Shown in pieces: positions 53,940-64,000 of a DNA stretch of 64,000 nucleotides. This stretch comes from Camelus ferus (lineage: Eukaryota): contig NC_045697.1 in assembly GCF_009834535.1 (NCBI RefSeq), forward strand, positions 31,808,001 through 31,872,000. The letters run 5' to 3'. The notes under the pieces were generated by a model that saw nothing but the letters and a program-made list of their open reading frames with translations, was not told where the DNA came from and did no database searches. Numbering within the stretch: the stretch's first letter is position 1; the number at the start of each line of letters is the position of its first letter. A program made the position numbers and the translations under genes.

Positions 53940-54375
53940 TGTTACTGGCTTAATTGTGCTCCCCTTCCCAAAGCCAAAACGAAGAGGTATGTTGAAGTCC
54001 TAATCCTCAATACTTCAGAATGTGAGCTTACTGAGAAAGAGCATCTTCACATGGATAATCAAGTTAAAATGAGGTCATTGTTGTGGGCTCGATTCCAACA
54101 TGACTAGTGTCCTTATTAAAAAAGGGAACATTTAGACACAGAGACAGATTCTCACAGAGGAAAGATGATGCAAAGACACACAGGGAGAATGAAGTGCAGA
54201 TGAATCAGAATCTGGCGCTCTGCTGCCACGAGCCAGGGAACTCCTGGGTAGCAGAAGCTGGAAGAGGCTTGGAAGGTCTTTCCTCTTGGGTTTCAGAGGG
54301 ACCATGGCCCTGCTGACATCTTGATTTTGGACATCTAGTCTCCAGAACTGTGAGCCAATGAATTTTTCTGCTCTC
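53940..54375 (+). mobile_element. MLT1C-like MaLR LTR (3'-truncated)
   Basis: tgttactggcttaattgtgctcccc...tatgttgaagtcctaatcctcaatacttcagaatgtga...catggccctgctgacatcttgattttggac...tccagaactgtgag. Confidence 0.85.
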
Positions 54376-54739
54376 TGCACATCAGGCTTTTTCTCTTTCT
54401 TTTTCATAGTCATTGTCAGTTCCTCAGAGAAGTCTTCCCTGACTAACAAATCTAAAGCATGACGATTGCCCACTCTCCCCCATCATAATCTAGCTTAGCA
54501 TATTTATTGTCGTTGTCCCTGCTTAAAATGTAACCTGTGGGGCAGGGTACTAATCTCACTCATTTGTTGATTTAGGCCCTCTGTACACAGCACAGTGACT
54601 CATACATCATAGGGCCTCCATCAACAACTGGTGAATGAATGAATGAATGATCGTTCCTTTTGTTTTCTATAAAGTAAGAAAGTTATTCAAATAAATCATC
54701 AAATCTTTTCAAACTTCTTTCTGCTACATTTTGGATTTA

Positions 54740-54975
54740 AAATACACAGATTCTGAAGCCAAACCTGCTGGATTCAAAACCCAGCCTTGGCATCTCATAG
54801 CTCTCACTTAGGGTAAGTTGAATAATCTCATTGTTATTCAATTTTCACATCTGTAAGATGGAGGTAACATCTATACCTAAGGAACTGGATTGCTATTGTG
54901 ACTGAATGAATTGTACACAAAGTATTTAGAACTACACCCAGCACATGGTAAGTGCTATATTTGTTGTTATTATTA
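54740..54975 (+). mobile_element. MIR SINE
   Basis: gattctgaagccaaacctgctggattcaaaacccagc...catctgtaagatggagg...agcacatggtaagtgct...ttattatt. Confidence 0.75.
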
Positions 54976-56475
54976 TTAAAAATATGCAAGGTACAGTTTA
55001 TTTGCTATAGTTGATAAAAAGAAATTAAAGCTATTTTTTTCTGCCTACAAGGACTTTACTACATAGCTAGGGAGACTGTATAAGTTAAGTTATTCAAATA
55101 AAATTCAACTTAAGTTAAAGCAAATGAGATAATGCAAATATAAAATATTTGGGGTAATAATTATGATGAAAATGACTATAATTCACATGATTATGCATCA
55201 TATAGTTATCAGCATGTGAATGGTTCTGCTTGGGACTGATTTCACCATCTCTCATCATCTGAATTACAATGCGTGTCCCAAGAAGCTTTATTTACAAGGG
55301 ACTTCACTAGACTTTACAAATTAACTCCTCCTGAAGTATTTCTAGGAAAAGTTCTTCAATGATGTGAAGAGACTCAGTGACTGGCAGAAATCTGCAAAAT
55401 ACAGGATGTCTCAGGGCCTCTCCCAGCAGGCACCCCCAAATTTGGGATCAGTATGCTGCTTATGCTCGTGAGTGCTCCTTCTCACAGAGGAATTGAGGTG
55501 AACTTTCAGTTCAGCTTTGCCATTAAAATCTCTTAAGATTCAAAGTTTGTCTTCAGAATCTAGAGATCTTACTAGTACATCCCATTTTCAATAGCTACCA
55601 GTCAGGAACAGCCAGACTCTCAAGCATCATGGATGGAAAAAAGCGTGGTATCTGAGCCCATCTAGCCATCTGTGCTGGGCAGTTCCAAGCAACTATCCTG
55701 AAAAAATGGATTTAGCTTGCAAATTTATAAATTTGGTCATAAATTCCTGGTGTTCGTTTAGTGTTCCTCCACTGGGCAGCAGAGATGCTAAGTGGTAATA
55801 AACTCAGATGTGCACATTTAGGTGACTATTTTGAATTCCAAACACCTGCGCCAAGAGTTGATCAGTATTCAATAATCCCAGTTATCCTCCAGCTGCCATA
55901 CGACTGGTTTTATATGTAGGCTAGGAAAAGGTCATATATCTCACCCTTTTCTCCCCACACAGGTCCTATCTCTGATTTTCAGGTCTTTCTATAATTGCTT
56001 CAGTCAATGCTATAACACATTAAGTGCATATTTATGGAAAATCAATTCAGAACGCTATAATTAGCAAGCACTGTAAGCCTGGAAATGTTGATGCAAAGCA
56101 TTCAGCTCCAGGAAGGGATTTATCTATAATAAAATTTGTATAAAATTGCCTGTGACATTTACCAATACTGACTTGGCTGATGCTTAAATCTTGGTTTTTA
56201 GTTTGTATATTTGATATAATACATATCATGATTTTATTTTATTTTCTCAAATGATGATAAAGCCATATTTGATGAAAATAGAATATTGTCTCTGAAAATG
56301 TAGTTTCAAATATTTTCAACATTATGTTAGGAGTACTTAAGAAATCTATTTGTGCATCCTGTTGGTAAAATTATTTTAAAGTTCTTCACATGTGAGAGAG
56401 GCGTACTAAAATGTTTAACTACATATGTTTTTAACTTTACTTTTTATTAAAAATTTTTTTCTTGGAATGAATCAA

Positions 56476-56540
56476 TTCTCTTCTCTTCTCTTCTCTTCTC
56501 TTCTCTTCTCTTCTCTTCTCTTCTCTTCTCTTCTCTTCTC
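56476..56540. repeat. (TTCTC)13 pentanucleotide microsatellite
   Basis: Read directly; it explains the REEKR repeat in ORF 56447-56944. Confidence 0.95.
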
Positions 56541-56744
56541 TTTTCTCTCTTTCTCTGATTCTCTGTGTGTGTCTGTCTGATGGAATAACAAGTTGTTACC
56601 AGGTTGATTCTAGCCAGTGACTCCAGAAATGAAATCAGAGTGACTGCTCTAACAGTCAAAGGCCAAAATAGAAACCTCTTCAGTATCTTTGGGTATGTGC
56701 AGAATGAAGTAAACAATTTCAAACTGGATAATACTGTCCCTATC

Positions 56745-56900
56745 ACTAGTTCCCAGGCTTTTATATCTACCAGAATCACCTGAGGAGAAGGTGTGCTGGT
56801 TAAAATGCAGATTTCTAGGCTGCGATCGTACAAATTCTGATTCAATAGATCTTTAGTGAGACCTCTTTTTTGTAAAGCCGGATGAGTCTTCAGTGGCCAC
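56745..56900. mobile_element. MER5-like MITE
   Basis: cagaatcacctgaggag...gttaaaatgcagatttctaggc...ttctgattcaatagatct. Confidence 0.65.
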
Positions 56901-58654
56901 TTAAGGGTTAAGTGATCCAGAAACAGCATTGTCAGAAACAACAATTTCTAGACTACCTTTCTATTTCATCTTTCCTACTGATGAATTTCTGAAGGTCTTG
57001 TCTTTATTCTCCCCAGGGCCGTAATCTCACCTCTCCTTTATTAATGGTTGGAGTGGTTACAGAAACTGTCAAAAAAATGCAGTGGCAGAGCAGAGACTCA
57101 AACCCACTCTTCTGCCCCACTCTTTCCATCATGTCACCCTGTTCCTTTATAGACCCAGTCTGCCCAGCATGGTGTCTGATTGACTGACTGGACTGTAACA
57201 GTCATCAACAATCTCAGTTTTCAAGACAGCTGCGTAGCTAGAGAATGAAGTGGGCTGGGACATTCCATTCAATTTACAGAAAAAAAGGAATTCAGCATTG
57301 TTTCTCCCCCTGTAGCAGAAGAAGAGACTTTGTATTAACTTTACCTTCTAAAATATAATGGCAAAATAAATAGATTGAGCTATTACAGTGGTAGCTCAAT
57401 AAAAATAATAAACAACAAATGCAGAGTAGTGGTTTCCTTTGGGAAAGGGCAGTCTAACTGTGGCTGGTGTGCTTTATTTTTAAGTTGGGACATAGGCTCA
57501 TTGCATTATTTCTTAATCCTATTTGATTTAATTAGATATTTAAATAAAATAGTGTTATATATTTATCTAGAAACATGGATGTAAATGATGAAATAAAAAA
57601 GGAAATAAGTAGAAAATGGTTGCCTCTGAGGAGCTAAAGTTGGGAGTGGGAAAGTGCTGGAATGTAGAGAAAACTCCTCACTTCTATTACAGATCTTGTA
57701 GTACTAGTTGACCTTTAAAACCATATAATGCAATAGTCAATAAATCCAAAACCTAAGTAAAATATTTAAAGGATACTAGCTTAGTTAATATTTTATTCAT
57801 CTAGTGTTTAATTTCTAATTTTCTGTTTTGCTGGGTTTTTTTTAGAAGCAAGCTAATTTAGGTGCTTACCTTATGGAATTCTTTCTAGAGAGAAAATAAA
57901 AAAGAAATGTGTGTTTTCCTTACTGTTCATTTTAGTTGTTATCTTTATACTATTCTGACCTTTGGTTTTGCTTGACTATTTTCTGCCTTTTTAGTATCTT
58001 CCAAAACCTCGAAATATTTTATTGTTAAAAACTGATTCTTTTACCATTTTTATTTTTCCTTTCAATTCAGAGTGTTTCTGTTTCTGTGAATCTAATAATC
58101 ACAAACGTAATTCACTCTTTTTCAAGTAGCTTCCTAATCCATCTCAAAGCTGCAAGGCATTCCAGTTTCACTGGGTTTGTTTGCCACTTCAGCATCTGTA
58201 CATCATCTGAACCTGTCAATTCCTAATTTAACTGAGATTGAACTTGCTTTAATGTAGAAAATAAAGTTGCCCCCAGGTTTAGGTACAATGAACTGAAGGG
58301 TAGAAACCAAGCTGCTGTCATATGGAACTGTCAGATATATTATGTTGCTTTATTCTGGTTCTATTTTTTTACATAAATTCTATATCTCAGGAAATATCAA
58401 AAGTTATCAACATTTAGATTAATTTACCATAAATCTAGTCACACAAGTTACCATAAGTCTATTTCCTGAAAAAGGAAAAGTGTACTTTATATAGTTCCTA
58501 AGAATTTTAAGTTTTTTTTCTAAAAATTAGGATTCCTTTCAAATTATGTATTATTGACAAAAACACAATGTAGAACATTTCAATAAAGAAGTAGTCTGTA
58601 AATACGGTGGTTTCAAATATTTTCCCATTAATTTATATATTATTTCCTACTAGC

Positions 58655-58940
58655 TACACCACTTACAGGAAATTGCTTAACCTCTTTGTGCCTCCGTTTT
58701 TTCTTCTGTAAAATGAGGCTTAAAATACTTACTACCAGTATTATAAGATTAAATAATTTAATAATAAAGCTAACAATTATGCATATTTAGCATGTGTCAG
58801 GCACAGCTTTAAGTCTCTTGTGTATAATTATTATTCAATCCTCAAAACAACCCGTGCTAGAGTTACTCTTGTCATTATCTGAATTTTACAGATTAGGAAA
58901 GTGATGCTGGGCAATTGAGATAAGACAGAGTTGTCTGTGA
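58655..58940. mobile_element. Two MIR fragments in opposite orientation
   Basis: Plus: gcttaacctctttgtgcctccg...ctgtaaaatgagg; minus: tgtcaggcacag...aatcctcaaaacaaccc...ttttacagattaggaaa. Confidence 0.65.
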
Positions 58941-60329
58941 CCTACAACAGGCATGGTTTCTATTCTTAGGGAGCTTATACAGGATATAGAAAATGATCAA
59001 ACTCAAGTGTGATTTGCGTTTGGGCATGAGCACATGACAGGAGCCAATACGAGGCTCCAATGGACTAGAGGGTGGAGAAAACCCCTTCAGGACAAAGCTC
59101 TCCCCGTTTGATGAAGTAGTAAAAGCTGAGCCCCATGAGAGTTCTGAAGATGACAGCAAGGGTGGTCTCGGTAGGTGTTTTTTGGTAGATGGGTATCAAA
59201 TGAGAGGGTTGGAGAGAAGGCTTCTTAGGATGAATGGAGGAAAGTTGTAGCTATCCTATTTCTTTTTCTCTAGTATTATTCATAAGTGCCAATTTAGAAG
59301 GGGAGTCCAGCACTGGTCAAGGTTTGCACTACGTCTCTCTGCCTGGACCATCAGAGAGACACAGCAGAACAGAAAGCCCCTCCTCCTGCCCACCCGCCCC
59401 ACCTCCTTTTGTCAATGAGCACATAAGAGATCACTGCAGTCCAGGCCCTGCTGGGAAATAGCAGGGAAGACTGCAGATACAGTGTGTACCCTTAGGGCCT
59501 TTACATCTCTATGGGCCTAACAAAAGTGAAGGCTTCACTTCTGAAATTATCACTCTTCTCCGGGGGGGGGGGGGGGGAAGTAAAATTCTAGAACAGGCAG
59601 ACTCCGGCTCAGTTCTCATTAACATTTCCTTTAATGGCAGGATTGGCTGATGAGCTCAGCCCTGAACAACAGTGTAAATATTAAACAGAATGTATGAAGA
59701 ATTGTTAGGCAGAAAGTGATGTCTGGTTGTGGTCCAACTCTAATAACAAATCAAGATCACAAAATCATCCAATCAAAACATGAATCGACAGCAACCACGT
59801 TGAGCGATGATGATATTGATGATAATGATACGTTGGTAAAAATAACGGAAAAATGATTAAGCACTTAAAACTTGTCAAGCAGTGTGCCAAGTTTTGTACA
59901 TATAACATCTCATTCAACCCTCAAAACCTTTTGTACATGAGAAATGTGAGACTCAGAAGAGTTAAATGACTAGTCCAAAGTCACCCAGCAAGTAAAAATT
60001 GAGATTTAAATCCATACTTGTCATGATACTTTTTTTGGATGTCATTAAGCTAGGATAAATCAAGAATAGTTTGGGTGAAATCTGATCTCTAAGCAGGGAA
60101 TGGAGCAAATAGCTCTCAGTCTACCAATAAAATTGTTTTACTTTACTATTTTACTCCTGATTATGTTATTTTAAGTAGTACACAGAGTTTAGTAGAGAAA
60201 TAATAGCATAACATCTCTCAACTGTGGGGCACCCTCTGTGTTTATCCAGAGATTCTGACTCATCAATTCTCCCCCAAAACATACCATAATGCCCTAAGGA
60301 TTCTAGGCTTTGATTTTACACAGTTCATC

Positions 60330-60890
60330 ACCTTTATTACAATGACTTCCTGTACCAGTCAAGGTCATGGCAGGAAAACAGCACTCACAGATGTTGATGG
60401 AGCAGAAGTTAAGGAAGGACAAAGGGTGAGTGGGGATAAAGGGGACCCGACAAGAGATGCTAAAGCACCGTTGGGCTTGGAATACACAGTAATCTTTACT
60501 GTGTCTCCAGAACTGAAGAACACAACTATCCCAACCTGGAAAGAGTGACTCCAGCTGAGCTGAGAGCTGCCCAGCAGGGGCTCTGGCCCCAGATCCAGGA
60601 ACTCAGCCACTGCCACCTGCAACCATGAAAGAGGGAGCCCAGGGAATCAATACCCCAGCCTCATTATTCTCCTGTGCTCCCAATATCCTGCGGTGCCTCC
60701 CACTGCCCGAACCCTATCTGAAGCTAGAGCGCAAGTGAGCATGATTGATGCAGTACAGAAAGGGCAGCCTCCAGGAGTCTGCAGCGTGAGGTACACGTAG
60801 GAGTCCAGGTAGGTTCCACGGTTTCTGACTACCCCGTGGACAGTGGTTGGGAACTGACTCACAAAAAGGGATGGAGAAGGGGAAGATAAG
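60330..60890 (-). mobile_element. Ancient ERVL LTR (LTR67B-like)
   Basis: ggagcccagggaatcaataccccagcctc...gtgcctcccactgcccgaaccc...gaagctagagcgcaag...ttgatgcagt...cagcctcc. Confidence 0.55.
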
Positions 60891-62059
60891 GAGTTCATTT
60901 TGAAACCAAGTGGATCACTTTAAAACAAGTTCTGTTTTGGAAGAAATATTTATTTCTTCCCATCCCTTTTAGAGGTTTTAATAACTGTGAGTTGATTGTA
61001 TTAAATTCTTATGTGTGAAAACATGCAATTTTGAAGCTATATATATACAAAGATAAAAAGCAATCACTCTTCTCCACCTAGGATACTGCGTTTAAATTTG
61101 CCTGAAATATAAACACTGTTAAGTATGTATGTCCACATAGAAGATGGGTTGAAAGGACCAGATCTTTTAGAAGATAATGAAGAAACAAAATAAAACAAAG
61201 AAAAATGAAAATATAGTTAAATAGCTATGGAGGAGGGTGGATATATATTTACCATTTCTTGTTTCTATAAGAGGAAAGAAATTTCCATTACACTCTTAAG
61301 AGAAATCCTCTACACCTCTTTTTTCATATCTTCTCACTCTTTCCCAGGGAAGGAAGAGTGGTATCTGACAGGTGAATAATTCTAGAGTCTCCCCCTTTTT
61401 CCCTTTCTCTTTCTTTCCATTGTCCTCTTCATGATACACAGAGTTCTGTAGATTGAGTTTATCAGAATAGAATCTGACCCTACAGGTTGCTGTTGGGGAG
61501 GTGGAAGGGGATTTGATGGGATGGAGTGGGCCTATAGTTATGGGTGAGTAAACTTAATTCATGGAACACTATGAGGAAGACCAGTTGTGACCTGGATTTA
61601 AGTTGTATTCTCTGATTCAGATTAACCCATAGCAAAGCAAACATTTTGATCTCCATCTGTCTAGTACATATATCATTTTAGCTGGTCTGCAATTTTGGAG
61701 GAAAATAAAAGGCATGGTCTCCATTAATCTGCCCTGTAAAGAAGCCCAGCCACTACTATCTTGAAGAATTAAATAATATAAGAAATCTTCCTGTCCTGAT
61801 TCTCTGTTTAACCCTGAGCATATCACACTTTGTAAGACCTTTAATCTGCCCACTCGGTTTGAGTAGGCACATCATAAGACCACAATGACTCATTAAATAA
61901 ATCTCAGGTGTTGGAGGGGAGAAGCACTGCTGAGAGATTATGCAGAAACCAATGAAACAGCTGAGGTCCACATTTCACAGTTTTCAGTTGTGTGTACACA
62001 ACACCCAGATCTGCTTCTGTCACTCTTCCTTTTCCAAACATCTTATTCAAAATAACACA

Positions 62060-62610
62060 AACAACAAAACAGAAACCCTCCAATGTCTTCCATTGCTCTC
62101 AAGGTGAAGTCTGAAATCTCAGACAAGATCAGAGCTCTGATCTCTTCTTCCTCTCACAATTCATCTAATACTATAATCTCCCCCACTCTCCAGATTCTCT
62201 AGTCTTCAAACCCAACATGCTCCCTCCTGACACAGGACCTTTGTGTATGCCGTTAGCTCTACTTGGAATGTTCTTCCCATTCTTATCCTAGTTAACTGCT
62301 ATTCATGTTCCTTATTTTAGTTTAAGCTTCTCTTCTTCAGGAAAGCTTCCTTGACCTTCTAGCTTAGGTTATTGATATTGTTATACACTCTCATGGTTTC
62401 AGCTGTTCTCATTCTCTGCCTCTCTGTCTCTCTTGACTTATCCCAGTAGTGATGTTTTATTTATTGATGGGATTATTTGACTGATGAACTATTTCAATCC
62501 AATCTGTAGTTTCATGAAGGTAAAGCCCATGTGTAATCTGGCCACCTATCATTTAAAATAGAATAGCAGGGTCTTAATAATTATGTGTTGAATTAATAAA
62601 TAAAATAATG
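62060..62610 (+). mobile_element. L2 3' fragment
   Basis: caggacctttgtgtatgccgt...cttggaatgttcttcc...tcttcaggaaagcttccttgacc...aataattatgtgttgaattaa. Confidence 0.7.
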
Positions 62611-63474
62611 AATGCAAATTAATTAAAAAAAGGTCACCCCTGAGTTAATATATCATCTGTATAAATGCAGAGTTAATGATTCAATAGATTATATGGATCT
62701 TAGTAGATAAGATCTTAGTGTATCTCAAGAAAATATGCCATATTGAAAAAACAAATTGATTTCTACATTAGATTTTAGTAGTTAGTTTTTGTTTCTTGAG
62801 AAATAAGTTTATTTCATTTTAGTGGCATAGAGTTCTTTAAAAAATTGTCTCTGCTGTGATACAGTGAAATTATTTCTTTCTTAATCACATGATTATGCCA
62901 TTTTTAAAATCTATATAACTCATATAAATGGTAGCAGTATTACATATTATCTTAACTATTGAGATACTCCAGTGAATTTTGTAAAATTATATGTTGATCC
63001 TAAAATAAATGTTGCACATTTGTGTCTTGTATTAGCTTTGATTTATAAAAGAAGACCATAAAATGCTTGGAAGCAGAACAGGAGAAGCTGATTGCTTTGT
63101 GGAGAAAAAAAGAGCACTTGGGTTCTAGTTCATTCCACAGATCGTGAGTCATGTGCAGGAGTAAATTTAAACAACCTGAACATCTGTGTGACTGAGGGAA
63201 ATACGCTCTGCTCTGTCCTTTTCACTGGGGAGGATTACAAAAATAATGTGGCCTCATGTCTTGGAAAAATCTAAAGTATGATTCAAATCCAAGATGATCA
63301 TAGGCAATCCTTATGCTGTGAAATTTCAGAGAGGATTTTGATGTTGTTGTGGACTCTGAAGCTACATCCTACTCTTCCAAAGCCTAGAAATATTGGGATT
63401 AAGAACAAAGCCTCAGTGTTCATAGGCAGTAACTCCTTCATATCAGTCTTGGCTTTAATTTTTTTTTTTTAATC

Positions 63475-64000
63475 TGATACCAAAAGCAACAAGTGCAGAA
63501 ATAAACAAGTGGGACTGCATCAAAATTAAAAAGCTTCTGTGCAGCAAAGACAACCATCCACAAAATGAAAAGACAACCTACAAATTGGGAGAAATTATTT
63601 GCAAATCTTGTATCTGAGAAGTGGCTAATATCAAAAAATATATAAAGAATTCAAACAACTCAATAGAAAAAATAATGCCCGATTTTAAAATAGGCAGAAG
63701 ATCTGAATAGACAGTTTTCCAAATGGCCAATAGGTACATGAAAAGATGCTCTGCATTATTAATTATCAGAGAAATGAAAATCAAAACTACAATGAGATAT
63801 CACCTCACTCCTGTTAAGAGTGGCTATTATCAAAAAGACAATAATAACAAATGTTGGCAAGGAGGTGGGAGAAAGGGAATCCTTAAGCACTGTTGATGGG
63901 AATATAAATTGGTGCAGCCACTATGGAAAGCAGCATTGACATTCCTCAAAAAATTAAAAAATGAACTACCATATGATCCAGCAATTCTACTTCTGGGTAT
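63475..64000 (+). mobile_element. L1 ORF2 3' region (L1MA/MB), continues past the window edge
   Basis: aaacaagtgggactgcatcaaaattaaaaagcttctg...aatcaaaactacaatgagatatcacctcac...ttggtgcagccactatgg...ccatatgatccagcaatt. Confidence 0.92.

Noticed and set aside
56447..56944. 165-aa ORF with REEKR repeats
   Set aside because: Arises from the (TTCTC)n microsatellite and a MER5 fragment.

Overview
AT-rich mammalian genomic DNA, most likely from a camelid (alpaca/llama/camel), judged from a camelid-type tRNA-derived SINE at ~905. The only supportable protein-coding feature is the terminal coding exon of KCTD8 (auxiliary GABA-B receptor subunit; C-terminal H2-domain region) on the minus strand at 14164-13704, followed by its 3' UTR. 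Everything to the right of 14164 appears to be part of the very large preceding KCTD8 intron, and the region to the left is downstream flank. The rest is a patchwork of transposable elements (L1, L2, MIR, MaLR/ERVL/ERV1 LTRs, hAT and Tigger MITEs) and microsatellites. Repeat subfamily names were assigned by eye from remembered consensus sequences and need RepeatMasker/Dfam confirmation; most repeat boundaries are approximate. The most notable observations: (1) an intact-looking ERV1-type solo LTR with six CCAAT boxes, two octamer sites and a TATA box, pointing antisense towards the KCTD8 3' end; (2) an ancient LTR that carries a decayed APOA4-like coding fragment; (3) several candidate cis-regulatory motif clusters. 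I found no evidence of a novel multi-gene system.
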